Positions 1-12,449 are shown, numbered from the stretch's first letter. The stretch: 64,000 nt of DNA from Eledone cirrhosa (GCA_964016885.1 OZ024740.1:288176001-288240000), one strand, 5' to 3'. Notes: a model not told the origin generated them from the sequence alone. Made by a program: numbers and translations.

Positions 1-536
1 AACCCAGTTTCTCCATCAATTCATCCAGGATCTACCTTTCTCTCACATTTACGTTGCACATCCAGCGAAGCATGGTTGCTTCATTTCTCTACCACGCAGC
101 ATTGCACTTGGCACACAGGTGTCATACAGTCGTCCATTTGTACGTAGAGAGGTACCTTTTGTGGCCAACAATGGCAGTTCTTCTATCTTATCTTTATTCT
201 AGCTATTATGCTCTTAAACCAGTTCTCACAGAGCACCCTGCCCTGCTGCTAATTAGGCCACCTAACAGAGCACCCTCTTCCCTATTATTTAAGTCACCTA
301 GATAGCAGAAGCCATCAATCACTTCTATGGATCATTCCTGTGATCAAAAAAGGTGTATATCATTGACGCTCATCCCCTCGATTACCTCTGAGCATCTTCT
401 ACATACAAAGTCTTTCTTTCCTGTTCGTCTACCTGTTATCCCACTACATATATATGCACTAGTACGAACTCGCTATCATACAGATAGCGTACTTGTCTTG
501 TAACATAGGTTTATCTATCTATCTATCTATCTATCT

Positions 537-1200
537 TCCAAGAGGATGTGTCCAAGATGCGAGCAGGACATTGAAACCGTCTTGCACGCAATTGTACACT
601 GCCCGAGCGTAACCGACCTGTGGAACTATGCAGAACAACTGCTGTCGCGTATGGGACAAATCCAGTTGACTGCCGAGTCCATAGTAAGGATCAAACCGCC
701 AGCCTCTTTCAAAAACGAAAGAGTGGCGGTTTTCCTCTGTACAGTGGCTATGGTGAAAGAGGTTATATGGTGGACGAGATTGAGAGGACTGAGGACAGAT
801 GCCTTTCTCTCCGGACAACAATTGATTCCCTTCTTTAAGTATCACTTTAGAAGAGAATCAGAGTGGAGAGAGAGGCACTGCACCCTAGTAAATTTACTGA
901 AAGGTGGGTGAATGAAACGAAAATGGCCGGAGTGATTGGGCCTTCTCTATTTATAAGCCTGTAGGTTAAAGAAGAGAGCAAAAGGAAGAAGGGAGCACTT
1001 GCACAACACGCTCCAGAAGTTGAGGGTTGTTCTATCGACGGGGTATTAAACAACCCATTTGTGGCACCTCCCCCCTATTGGTGATTTCGATTGTTATAAT
1101 TGTTTGTTTCAATATTTTTACACGACTGTATGTAAAATCCCCGGCATGTGTCTTTGTATTGTCCCCTTTTCTTGTGCGCCTTTGTGGCAAATAAAGAAAT
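537..1200 (+). mobile_element. 5'-truncated Tx1/L1-group LINE fragment (C-terminal zinc-finger region plus 3' UTR)
   Basis: ORF 546-911 (CPRC..ETVLHAIVHC..EVIWWTRLRG) matches the C-terminus of the LINE at 28713-29117; ends AATAAAGAAAT; (TATC)n on both sides (about 510-535 and 1202-1217). Confidence 0.9.
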
Positions 1201-1625
1201 ATATCTATCTATCTATCCGCCTATCTACTCTACTCACCACACATATATATGGTGTATGAAAAAAATATATATGTAGAGCGAGAAGGGGGGGGGGCGACAG
1301 ATAATAGATAATATGAGGGAGAGTGAGATGGTCATATGATATGGATATATAGAAGATAGAAAAATAAACGGGTTGATAAAAATACAGAAAATACAATGGT
1401 GAGAATTAACATTTAAATCAACATTGTCTCATTCCTCTAACACTAAAATGCATTGATTTAGTACATTCAATCAAATATACTATATATTATTTACCCGTAA
1501 TTCTAAAACAGAAACATATATTTAGATGTAGGTTGATTATAAAGTGATGAGTAAATCAGCTGAAACTATGTCACAACAAGCAACATATTTTTCAGCATGT
1601 TTAATTTCTACTGTATAGTAGAATA

Positions 1626-1718
1626 TTTGTTTCTACTTTTTAGCACAAGGTCAGCAATTACCCAGTGCATTACTGGTACTTTATTTTATCAACCCCGTAA
1701 GGATGAAAGGCAAAGTTT
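1626..1718 (-). mobile_element. tRNA-derived SINE family A, 3' fragment
   Basis: Reverse complement of the GCCTTTCATCCTTACGGGGT..GTACCAGTAATGCACTGGG..GTAGAAAC core repeated throughout the window. Confidence 0.8.
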
Positions 1719-1791
1719 AACAAATAACAAATAAGCTAACAATAAACGTTAGATCTATAAGTACGTAGGCACGTATTTATATTCTTGTTTG

Positions 1792-1864
<73 letters not shown>

Positions 1865-1987
1865 TGCACCCCCGGTATTCGTGGGTCCAGGTTATTTCCT
1901 TAGAACCTAACTAATAAGAGTTCGTGGAAACCACCATATATTCGCGGAATCGTAAATATCTTCCGCGACTTGTAATGACAATATATA

Positions 1988-2029
<42 letters not shown>

Positions 2030-2675
2030 AAATTTCGTATTTCTAAAGAAACATGGTGTGTTATGTTTACAGGAAACACTAAGGAAGCCGTAGCTATGCA
2101 AACACCTGGTGGTGTCCAACAGAAACAAGAGGGACAACCGTCTATGCATTTCAGCTTGCAACTGCTGGACTTGAGAACAGTCGAGAATATATAGTTTTCT
2201 CGTCTGTGTAAATGAGGTGATTAATCTCATTTGCATATGAAGCTGCATAAGTTGGCTCAACTTATAATAGAATAGAAATAGGATTTCGCTTCAAGCATAG
2301 CTTTATACAATATGTATAGACATTTCGTATTTCTATACAACATTATTGACTCGAAAATCGAGACGAAGGGCGAGTGTGTTTGAAAACTCAACGCAAGAAT
2401 AGTTCTTAAAACAGTCAAATGCCATCAATGACAGGATGCAAGTCAGGTAAAAATACATCAAAGGACAGAAATCAGTGGCCAGTGGTCGGTGAACAGAAAA
2501 GCAAAGGTGCAAGGTGGGTGATAGGCAGATGAAATATAGAAAAGATTGAAAGAGGAGGATCAGAAGGAGAAGTCTGTTGGCACATTAAATTGATAGGATG
2601 AAAGAAAGGAAGACAAATTTGTGTTATGAATGATACAAATTCATATTCACACATATGCTTCATCAGCTCTCAAAT

Positions 2676-2937
2676 AGGCATTTGACTGTTTAACAGCTAT
2701 TTCTGCGTTGAGTTTTCAAATTATTTCTATGAATATATATTCATAGAAATAATTTGGAAACTCAACGCAGAAATAGCTGTTAAACAGTCAAATGCCTGCA
2801 TGGGAATTCTCTTAAACCCACCACCTAACCAAGGAAACTTCTTGTTGAGTAAAACAACGCCGTACGTTAAAACTATCTACAGTACAGTGTACTCACAACC
2901 TCTAACTGCATTACCTTAAACGATACCTTGTTATCCT
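2676..2937 (+). mobile_element. Palindromic Penelope-like pLTR remnant with HHR 3' half
   Basis: Inverted arms about 2676-2735/2736-2797; GAAA-TAGCTG-TT motif; unpaired 3' extension matches 21256-21398 and ends at (TA)n. Confidence 0.6.
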
Positions 2938-2967
2938 ATATCTATATATATATATATATATATATAA

Positions 2968-3184
2968 CGAAGGAAATGTGGTAAGGAACCAGGTGGACCA
3001 TAACACACCAAAGTACTCAATACTTAGGGTAGTAGAGTGGGTAATAGGAACGAGTAAGACCCCGACGGCTGAGCTCAAGCCGTTTCGACGGCTAATTCTG
3101 GACTCATTCTGGACTAATTCTAGTCCAGAATTAGCTGTCGAAACGGCTTGAGCTCAGCCGTCGAGGGTCCTACTCGTTCCTATA
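2968..3184 (-). mobile_element. Palindromic element family P1 (copy 1)
   Basis: Same sequence as 10159-10340 and 57716-57922; flanked by (TA)n. Confidence 0.8.
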
Positions 3185-3267
3185 TATATATATATACTGA
3201 AGTAAAAGTTAAGTGGAAATATCCAAATAGGACGAGTTTAGTATAAATAATTACAACAGTGACATAA

Positions 3268-3317
3268 ACAGGTACTCAAGTTTCGTTGGGTTCTGGGCAA
3301 CAATTTCTTCAGCCTGT
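3268..3317 (-). ncRNA. Type I hammerhead ribozyme (left arm of palindrome 3258-3390)
   Basis: rc: ACAGG-CTGAAGA-aatt GTTG..CAAC-GAAA-CTTGAG-TA-CCTGT. Confidence 0.7.
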
Positions 3318-3330
3318 CATGAGAAAAATG

Positions 3331-3380
3331 ACAGGCTGAAGAAATTGGGGCCCAGAACCCAACGAAACTTGAGTACCTGT
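3331..3380 (+). ncRNA. Type I hammerhead ribozyme (right arm)
   Basis: Stem I ACAGG/CCTGT, core CTGAAGA, stem II TTGGG/CCCAA, GAAA, near-palindromic stem III ACTTGAGT, GUA cleavage triplet. Confidence 0.75.
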
Positions 3381-3481
3381 TTATGTCACTTGTAAATCTA
3401 TATATATATATACAATGTATGGAGACGAACACTATTTTAACGTAGTATAGTTTACTATTTTGACGTAATAAAGAACATTCC

Positions 3482-3587
3482 CTCCGAGGTTAACTTTGCT
3501 TTTCGTCCTTACGAGGTGTCGATAAAATAAAGCACCAGTAATACACTGGTGTAATTGCTGGCCTTGTGCCAAAAGTAGAAACAATTA
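3482..3587 (+). mobile_element. SINE family A fragment
   Basis: Core and 3' end match the other copies. Confidence 0.75.
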
Positions 3588-4112
3588 CATTGCACGATCA
3601 CAAAATCATTCAGAGCAATAGGATTATTTCTGCACCAAACCGTTTCTGGAGACATTCAACACTCATAAATAGTTCACTTTCTTGATACCAACATACTATT
3701 TGCTTTGGTTTGTCATTCTCATTTGAAGGTTTGTACTTATATATCATCACTTTCACATATTACTAGATACAGATATTTGATATAATATAACATAAACATG
3801 ACAATGACTTTTAACAAATGACTTTTATACTCTTGGTGAGAGATTGGAATGCTAATATAAATAATCTTCTTTTAAAGACATTTACATTGCTGTTGAACTT
3901 ACTGAATAACTTATATTTATTTCATCACAAAACTAAACATTTTGTTTGAATATAGAAATAATAAAAAAAAGAAGGGGAAACAAAAGGAAAGAAGGAATAG
4001 GGAAATATATTTAAAAATATAGAAAAAAAAGCAGAGAAAGAAAGAAGAAAAAGATCGGGAAGGGGAGGAGATGGCAAGAGCTCTGGTGACGGAGAAGAGG
4101 GGGGGGGGGTGA

Positions 4113-4505
4113 TTGGGCAAGGGCAAGGGAGCAGAAGTGCCGCGCCCTGCAGACAAGGCGGCAAAAGCATTTCCCCGAACAATGGCCAGTGATACCCGCT
4201 GCAACAGTCACCCAACCTCGCGGGGCTCCCTCCTCAGACAGACCGCCGACGCTCCGATCTTGCGGAGGAGCTCGGCAGTACGGGGTCCAAGTACGACTGA
4301 GGTCTCGATGGCGACCAGTGTGAAGAGGAAGCTGCCGGACAAACCCCGGAATTTATTTATTTTACGTTCTTCTACGAGGTGAGCTACGGTGCCGGGGTTT
4401 GTGGCCGAAGCGACTAAGTTGGAGGCAGAGAACGTGTCGCAGCAGGTGGTGTCCCAGATGAAGGATCTACCTCCTTCGAATGGGAAGAGGGTGATTCCGT
4501 CTTCA
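4113..4505 (-). pseudogene. CRE-clade non-LTR retrotransposon, restriction-like endonuclease C-terminal fragment
   Basis: DGITLFPFEGGRSFIWDTTCCDT..KF..AIET..LLQRVSLAIVRGNA resembles the CRE/MoTeR-type C-terminal motif; internal stop. Confidence 0.75.
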
Positions 4506-4520
4506 GTGAATGTTGTTATA

Positions 4521-4728
4521 CGAGGGTTGACTGAAAAATTCATAGGCTGACTATGAAGTAGTGATCATAGAGCTGTGAAATCTTGCATGCATTAATTTCA
4601 ACGCTTTTCATTAACAACAGCATTGTTTCTTTCCAGGGACTATGTTGAAAAATAAACCTCATTTAGTTATTTCATGAGAGTATCGTGGTTAGCCTATTTC
4701 AGCCTATTAACTTTTCAGCCAACCTTCG
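4521..4728. mobile_element. Mariner-type MITE
   Basis: TA|CGAGGGTTGACTGAAAA..TTTTCAGCCAACCTTCG|TA terminal inverted repeats; related to 7540-7731. Confidence 0.8.
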
Positions 4729-4963
4729 TAAATATATATTTTCATCTATGTATTCAAGGTTCAAGCTATGCTCATTTTTCTTTATAACTGAAGATTTCTG
4801 AAGCTCAAAGAAGTTTGTTCTTTTTATAAACGATAATAGAGTGCGGCGTCGGTTGGCAACAACCCTTGTTAAATCTTCTTTTGTTAAACAGGAAATTTTA
4901 TAATCTTTTATCTTTAAAACTTTCCAGGTGCAGATCCATGGTTTCACAAAACATACAGCCTTC

Positions 4964-5005
<42 letters not shown>

Positions 5006-5161
5006 TTACATACATATATATATATTCAAGTAAATGAATCCGTCGCATTTTTATTCTTGGTTCAATATTATATTGTGTGTATGGGGGGGGGGGGAGGTTT
5101 AAGGCATGGCTTAGGAGTTACAACGTTGCGCTTGCAATTGGGAGATAGTGAATTCGATTCA

Positions 5162-5298
5162 ATTTATAATAAATTGAAGTGAAAACCAACAGGTGCGTGT
5201 GTGTTTTATTGCCAACATGACCCTCCCGAAGTATAACAATATCTGTTTCAACACACGTTTTCAGATAAGAAATCTTGCAAAACAAATTAAAAAACGAA

Positions 5299-5299
<1 letters not shown>
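5162..5299 (+). mobile_element. 3' end of HHR-bearing element family P2
   Basis: Matches 12505-12640 (rc) and 53690-53768; ends in (TA)n. Confidence 0.7.
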
Positions 5300-5336
<37 letters not shown>

Positions 5337-5689
5337 AACCAAACTCAGTATAAGTTGGACACCCTGTATGTATGTATGTATGTATGTATGTATGTATGTA
5401 TATATCTATACTTGTATCTATACGCGTGTAGAGATATGTATACTTCTTCATTTAATATATATATATACGCGCGCGCGCGTGTGTGTGTGTGTGTCTCTGT
5501 GTGTGCGTGCGTGTGTGTGTGTGTGTATAAACGAATTATGTTGAGTTCATTCTTACGTTTCACAGGCATTATTTTTGTCCTGCTGGGTTGTCTGATGGGT
5601 GTGGTGATTTAGTTGCCGGCGAATTGACCACGCCACAGGTTCTACCGCATTACATGTTGCCAGTAACACACGGAAGCGACATGACATCT

Positions 5690-5985
5690 TTCCATCTATC
5701 TATCCATTCATCCATTCTTACATCGATCCATCGATGCATCGATCCATCCATCCACCCATACATAAATCCACCCATCCACCCATCCACCCATCCATTCATC
5801 CATCCATCCATCCATCCATCCATCCATCCATCCATCCACCCACCCATCCACCCATCCACCCATCCATCCATCCATCCACCCATCCATTCATCCATCCATC
5901 CACCCATCCACCCACCCATCCATCCACCCATCCATCCATCCATCCATCCATACATACATAAATACATACATAAATACATACATAC
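5690..5985. repeat. (CCAT)n/(CATA)n microsatellite
   Basis: Direct reading. Confidence 0.95.
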
Positions 5986-6024
5986 ATTATAAATAACAAT
6001 CAAAGAGTGTTTAAAATATTTAAT

Positions 6025-6070
6025 CACTTACGATCGTTTCATCCAAGCACAAGGCCGGATCATTGGAGTA
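6025..6070 (-). ncRNA. Degenerate minimal hammerhead within inverted repeat 5982-6109
   Basis: rc: TACT-CCAATGA-TCCGG..TTGGAT-GAAA-CGATCG-TA-AGTG; core carries substitutions. Confidence 0.5.
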
Positions 6071-6393
6071 AACGTTTTACACACTCTTTGATTGTTATTT
6101 ATAATGTATTTCGGTTCTGTAATATACTTGTTATTTTACATTGAACTATTCTCATACTTGTAATTGGATAATATTTAATATTACCCACATGGCTTTTTAG
6201 TCCTGCTAGCGACTTGCCTATGACCAACAATACCATGTGACAATGTTTGCTATGCATGCATAGCAAAAATTGTCACATATCAAGCAATGCTTGTGCTTGA
6301 AGCTTTTTTAAGTGAGGAAAGGCTTTGCACAATGAAAATCCCATTTCCCCCAAAAGAAGAACTGGTTTTATATTAGAGTGACCTCCTATAGTA

Positions 6394-6480
6394 GGGGTCG
6401 GCAACCCCCAGACCGCTGGTCACATCCAGCCGGCGAAGGAATTTTGTCCAGCCCGCCAACAAGTTTCATCTAGCCACAAG
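6394..6480 (+). mobile_element. hAT (Charlie-like) terminal fragment
   Basis: TAGGGGTCGGCAACC..CCAGCCGGCGA terminus with GGCCCG-like subterminal motifs; no partner end found. Confidence 0.45.
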
Positions 6481-7539
6481 ACTCACTTAGCTGAACGTAA
6501 TTTTTTTGCGAGACAGAAACAAAAAACCAAACCCAGACAATAGTCAGACATCGAGGTCAAAGGGACTGTGTGTGTGTATCCATGTGTATACGTGCGTCCA
6601 AAGATGTTTGCATTTTATTGGGTTTTGACTAGAACACTCCAGCAGCATTCTTGCATATTTTGTATTCATATGCCCTCCACATCACTGTAACTTTTAATAT
6701 TTTTTATTCTCAGGACTATTCTTTCTACAGATTGCATTGTATAGTGTTTTGGCTACTACACCATACTTCATAGGCAGAGAGGATCGTGATGTCTTCTTTG
6801 AACAGTTGATTATGATGTAGGTAACGTATGTATGTATGTATGTATGTATGTATGTATGTATGTATGTATGTATGTATGTATGTATGTATGTATGTATGTA
6901 TATGTAGTGACCTACATCACGCCAGGGTCACCAATTATTACAGGAGGATGTTTTAATGTACAAAGTTGTTAGAGGAAATAATGTAATTGTTATAACGCCA
7001 ACAAGAAGAATGTTCGTGAGATGAAAAGTATGTTTATTTTGTTGTAACACAAAGTAATGTTTGTTAATTTGTATGGTTGAAGTTAAACATAAAAAGGTCA
7101 CAAAAGGAATGTGCCATTGTGTCAGGCCCAAGGCAGGCCCAAGGCAGGCCGGCAGGCCAAAGTGCAAATCTCACCGTTACATATTGTTCGTGTCGTTCCT
7201 TCGGAGTTCAAGCAGCAAGAGACCAAGAGGTCTTTACATTACCATGTATCAGCGCCAGTAGAAGAGAATGTATCCCTACGCGCCCTGAGGGAAAAATTTC
7301 CCGCTTGAATTTGAGAAATCACTCTCTCGCAACCTGAACATTTTTCCGGGTTCGTTAAAGTAAAGTACCCATTCCTAAATTGTTGGCCTTATGGCAAAAT
7401 TAGAATATCATTATTATTTCAGCAGTTTTATTTCTAATACCTGTTTTCACTACATAACCGAGTATATCTTGAATATATGTAGCATGTTCTGTTTTTGTGG
7501 GAGTTTTCTTTTGTTTTCTTTTTCTTTTTACTCTATCTA

Positions 7540-7731
7540 CGAGGGTCGACTGAAAAGTTCATAGTCTGACCACGAAACTCTCACAGAATGACCAGATTTA
7601 TTTTCAACATAGTCCCTGGAAAGAAACAATGTAGTTATTAAGAAGAAGAGTTAAAATTAAAGCATGCAAGATTTCACAGCCCTAACATCAATCCTTCATA
7701 GTCAGCCTATGAACCTTTCATCCGACCCTCG
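7540..7731. mobile_element. Mariner-type MITE
   Basis: About 32 bp imperfect TIRs CGAGGGTCGACTGAAAAGTTCATAG/CTATGAACCTTTCATCCGACCCTCG, TA target duplication. Confidence 0.85.
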
Positions 7732-7767
7732 TAGTTTGTATGCAGTGTTTAGTAATGTTATTGTCTG

Positions 7768-7798
<31 letters not shown>

Positions 7799-8365
7799 AG
7801 TTCTATGTTGTCTACAGAATACATGGGCAGAGATTAGCAGTGCTACTGTATTGAGAGTAATCTAATAGGTGCACACGACACGGCACTTATTTTCTGTATG
7901 CTGTTATAGTTTAACCCCAGAGCAACCATTCCCAATGAAACCTATGAGTGAAAGCATTTCAGCCACGGCCACCATATCCCATGTTCAAGGGATTCATGAC
8001 TACATCATCCAGCATGTCCTCTTCTATGAGGGTATGATTTGAGAGAGATTTTGCTGTTATTTCAAGCTGGCCAAGCGATCTCGTTGAGGCTTCTCCACTT
8101 CATTTTCTGTATATTGTATAAGTCTTAGTGTTCTCGGTTATATTTTCCACTGCTTTTCAATTTAACATTGAAGAGGCACGGGAATTATGATAAATATTTC
8201 TGTTTTATTCCCAACATTCTGGATGTCTAAAGTCAAATTCTGCCTGGATTGATTTTCTTCCGTCAGTTTTCATTAATATAATTACCTATCAAGTATTATG
8301 GACAATATATGTGAATGTATCACTTCTCTAAAATTTGCAATTCGGTATCAAAATTAGAAATCATT

Positions 8366-8785
8366 GGATTGGCAGTATCGGTAGAGGGTCGGACGCCATG
8401 CTTTCCAGCATAGTTACGTCCCTTTACGATCTGAGTTCAAATCCCGCCGAGGTTGACTTTGCCTTTCATCCTTACGGGGTCGATAAAATAAAGTACCAGT
8501 AATGCACTGGGTAATTGCTGGCCTTGTGCCTAAAGTAGAAACAATTAATTATTGCTACTCTGAGGGCGGTGGATTGGCAGAATCGGTAGAGCGTCGAATA
8601 CCATGCTTCGCGGCATAGTTACTTCCCTTTACGTTCTGAGTTCAAATTCCGTCGGGGTTAGCTTTGCCTTTCATCCTTACGGGGGTCGATAAAAATAAAG
8701 CCCCAGTAATGCACTGGGGTCGATTTAATTGACTTTCCCCTCCCCTTCAAATTGCTGGCCTTGTGCTTAAATCAGAAATCATTAA
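8366..8785 (+). mobile_element. Two tandem SINE family A copies
   Basis: A-box-like TGGCAGTATCGGTAG, B-box GAGTTCAAATCC, conserved central domain, ATT tails. Confidence 0.9.
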
Positions 8786-9144
8786 TTATTACTACACTGG
8801 ATTACATTCCAGACATTTATTTACGTTTAATTAGACCGCAGGGGAGATAAACACGAATAGAGTGTTTCTTTTATTGAGTCTTCAAATATGAAATTTGTAG
8901 AAATTTGTTTTATTTCTACATATTTCTACAAATTTCATACTTGACGACCGAATAATACTAGACTATGAAGACATAGCAAGTAAGAGATGTAAGTTGAAAG
9001 TTCTCTTTATAATGAATTAAATAAAAACCTTGCTAAGCGACATCCATGGGTTTAATTCCCACATTAATCTCTCGTAAACCCAGATCTTCACAAGACCCGT
9101 CCTCTAGCAACTATATATCAATAATTCTCACGCACTGGTTTCTA

Positions 9145-9732
9145 CTACCCACACCATTACCACTACAATTAAGCACCACCACAACCACAGTTATCACTAC
9201 CACAATCACAATGACCACCATACTCAACCATCACCGCTACAACTACCATCATCAACACAACAAACTATCACTATGACTACCAACCATCACCACGGAAACC
9301 ATCATCATCACGTAAAGCATCACCACCACAACTAACTATCATCACCACCACCACAACTAACTATCATCATTACAACCACTTCAACCACTATCACCACCAC
9401 ACTCAACCGTTACCACGCTCAACCATCACCACCACAACCACCATCACCATTACAACTGATCATTACTAATACTACCAACTATCACCACCAAAACAACCAT
9501 CACTACCACAAATATTACCACTACAACTACCATTATCACTACAATTACCATCACCACCATCACCACTGCAACATCCATCACCACCACACTCAACCATCAC
9601 CACTACAATTAACCATCACTAATACTATCAACTATTACCACCATACCACCACACCACCACAACCACAATAACCACTATAACCATCACCACCACAACAACA
9701 ATCACCACCATCATCAGCACGCTCAACCATCA
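9145..9732. repeat. Degenerate (CAC/CAT/CAA)n trinucleotide repeat
   Basis: Direct reading. Confidence 0.9.
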
Positions 9733-10158
9733 AGAAGCAAATTTTGAATTTTTGAAAGTATATTAGCTTAATGTAGGTTTTTAGACTACCAAAATAGTGG
9801 ACCAACTCGAGTATATTACGTCCCTAGAGACGCTAAAACTGGACAGTATCACCTGTTGAAACCGAACTCGAACTTACCATTTGCCGGGGCTTGGGGCTTG
9901 TATGCCTAATTAGTTCAACTAATCTCATAATAAAACAATAATTAGGTTGATGCAATTTACCTTAAGCTAACATACTTTCGCTAAGTGTTATGTGCAATTA
10001 TGATTGGTCAATTGCTTGATCAGATCTTGCTACTCTGTTGCTGGTTGGCTGAACAATCCAAGCACTTGAAATTTGTAAACAAAGAAATAATAGAACATTT
10101 TTAATGGATTAATGTGCAGTTATTAGAGATGAGGATAATTAATATATATATATATATA

Positions 10159-10340
10159 GGAGTAAGTAAGACCCCGACGGCTGAGCTCAAGCCGTTTCGA
10201 CGGCTAATTCTGTACTGAATTTAGTACAGAATTAGCCGTCGAAACGGCTTGAGCTCAGCCGTCGGAGTCTTACTTACTCCTATTTCCCACTCTACTACCC
10301 TAAGTATTGAGTACTTTGGTGCGTTATGGTCCACCTGGTT
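10159..10340 (+). mobile_element. Palindromic element family P1 (copy 2) with HHR 3' half
   Basis: Near-perfect 122 bp palindrome 10159-10280; GAAA-CGGCT-TGAGCTC-AGCCG-TC stem III with GUC; 3' extension then (TA)n. Confidence 0.8.
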
Positions 10341-10359
10341 CCTTACCACTTTTCCCTCG

Positions 10360-10459
<100 letters not shown>

Positions 10460-10480
10460 CAAGAAAGAAGATTGACATGG

Positions 10481-10514
<34 letters not shown>

Positions 10515-10535
10515 CAAGAAAGAAGATTGACATGG

Positions 10536-10572
<37 letters not shown>

Positions 10573-10604
10573 GAAAACAAGCGTGCTGCGTGGTTGCAAA
10601 TGGG

Positions 10605-10677
<73 letters not shown>

Positions 10678-10679
<2 letters not shown>

Positions 10680-10980
10680 CTTTGCAATCGAAAGGTTGTG
10701 AGTTCAATTCTCAGACCGGGTGATGTGTTGTTTCCTTGAGCAAGACACTTTATTTCACGTTGCTCCAGTTTACTCAGCTGTAGAAATGAGATTATAGGGA
10801 CTGGGATCCCTATCATTCGTCGAGGTGCCACGGCAAAAAAGCACCCAGCACTCACTGTAAATGAGGTTGGTGTTAGGAAGGGCATCCAGCTGTAGAAATC
10901 AAGCCAGAATCAGTTCCCGTCCCACCCTTGCAAGCAGGGAAAAGTGGACGTAAAATGAAATGATGAAAAAAATGATGATG
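10678..10980 (+). mobile_element. tRNA-derived SINE family B plus RTE-type SINE 3' part
   Basis: B-box GAGTTCAATTC, CCTTGAGCAAGACACTT core shared with 46111-46395; GGAAGGGCATCCAGCTGTAGAAA and (ATG)n tail. Confidence 0.75.
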
Positions 10981-10982
10981 AT

Positions 10983-11775
10983 TCCCAATTATGCGTTCGG
11001 GGTGCTAACTAAAAGTATTGCGTGGAAAATTGGCTGTATTATTTCATATGAGACATATCTAATATATCTCTTCCCAGACGGACGTCTCGTTTCATTATAG
11101 GATTCCTACCTTTTGGGTGAAATTATACCAATTTATGTAGGAGCTTGTATACCATCAATAGTTATATATTCAAGTGGGCTCCTATAATTCATCAGTGGGT
11201 GCCCCAATAATACTAATATTGATAATCTAACCAACATCAGTATTTAGCGATAATCATCATCCTCTGTGCCTGAGGTATCTGTCAGGTTGCCAGTCCAGCA
11301 GTTTTAAAGAAGTGCTCAAACTGATTAAAAAAATGAGGAAGTAAATTACCGCCAAAAAAACAATACATGCTCATGACAATGAATTCTGAAAGGAATTCAG
11401 GCCACGTGCTAAGAACTCAATTGGAAATTGAAAAAATATCTATGTGTGTACAACATTTGATGACACACACAGATATTTTCTCGGGCAAAATAACAGAATG
11501 AGATATAAGGAACAATCAATATTCATATATAAAAAAATAAACAAAGAAATGCTAACCTTATACCGGGAATTTTTTCGAATCTGCTGCACCAAGAGTAAAT
11601 AAATAAATACAATATCGGAGAAAGCTTTTTAGCGATACTCCGGCCAAATTCCAACTCACTCAACAAACATTAGGAAATAAGTGATTATATTCCCAATTAT
11701 GCGTTCGGGATGCTAACTAAAAGTATTGCGTGGAAAATTGGCTGTATTATTTCATATGAGACATATCTAATATAT
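10983..11775 (-). mobile_element. Non-coding HHR element with about 85 bp terminal direct repeat (708 bp period)
   Basis: 10983-11066 repeated at 11691-11774; HHR at 11073-11199. Confidence 0.75.
11073..11199 (-). ncRNA. Type I hammerhead with extended stem II
   Basis: rc: CCCA-CTGATGA-ATTATAGGA...TCCTATAAT-GAAA-CG AGACGTC CG-TC-TGGG; 9 bp stem II base, GUC triplet. Confidence 0.8.
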
Positions 11776-11785
11776 ATATATATAT

Positions 11786-12449
11786 TGATGAAGGACTAAA
11801 TTTATTCATATGTAACCCATTTGCAACCACACAGCACGCTTGTTTTCATATTCACACATATATATTTTCCTCCGCTGTGACCCGTCTGTTTCTTTCTTGC
11901 TGCTTCCTCTTTTCTCTGTATCTCTCACTTCCCTTTACCCCTCTAACAGTCACTCTCTCTGTTAGCCTCTTCCTCACCTTTCACTCACTCACTCTCTGCT
12001 ACTCCCTCTCCTACTTCCTCCCGTTTGACCTGTGCGAAATTCTTTCCTCACGCACACTTTGACCAGGTCGGTTGTTCTTCATTCTCTCTCGTCTACGATT
12101 TCACAGAACTTATGTTCACCGATTTCAGGGACTTGACTCCTTCTTCCTCCCGTTTGACCTGTGCGAAATTCTTTCCCTGCTCACATTTCGACCAGGTTTG
12201 ATGGTCTTTATTCTCCCTCGTCCACGATTTCACAGAACTTATATTCATCGATTTCAGGGACTTGACTCCTTCTTCCTCACTTTTCGTTGCATTACCATCA
12301 ATGATTGTTTACAGTCTCGCTCATTCCTCTTATTTACGTGTCCCAACGACTTTCTTTAGCCGTTGCTCGCACCAACCGGAGGTATATGGTCTTTAAAGCG
12401 ATGAAATACCAATGAAGGCTGGAAGATCACTGATGAAGGACTAAATTTA

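Noticed and set aside
5566-5612. Possible terminal exon [15 protein letters not shown] after TTTCACAG
   Set aside because: Too short, no supporting exons or recognisable homology
5588-6027. His/Pro- or Gly/Trp-rich ORFs
   Set aside because: Derived from the (CCAT)n microsatellite
6236-6278. Isolated hairpin TGTGACAA..GCATGC..TTGTCACA
   Set aside because: No ribozyme core, family or termini to interpret
8366-8460. tRNA genes at A/B-box motifs
   Set aside because: No cloverleaf or terminator; these are SINE heads continuing into SINE bodies
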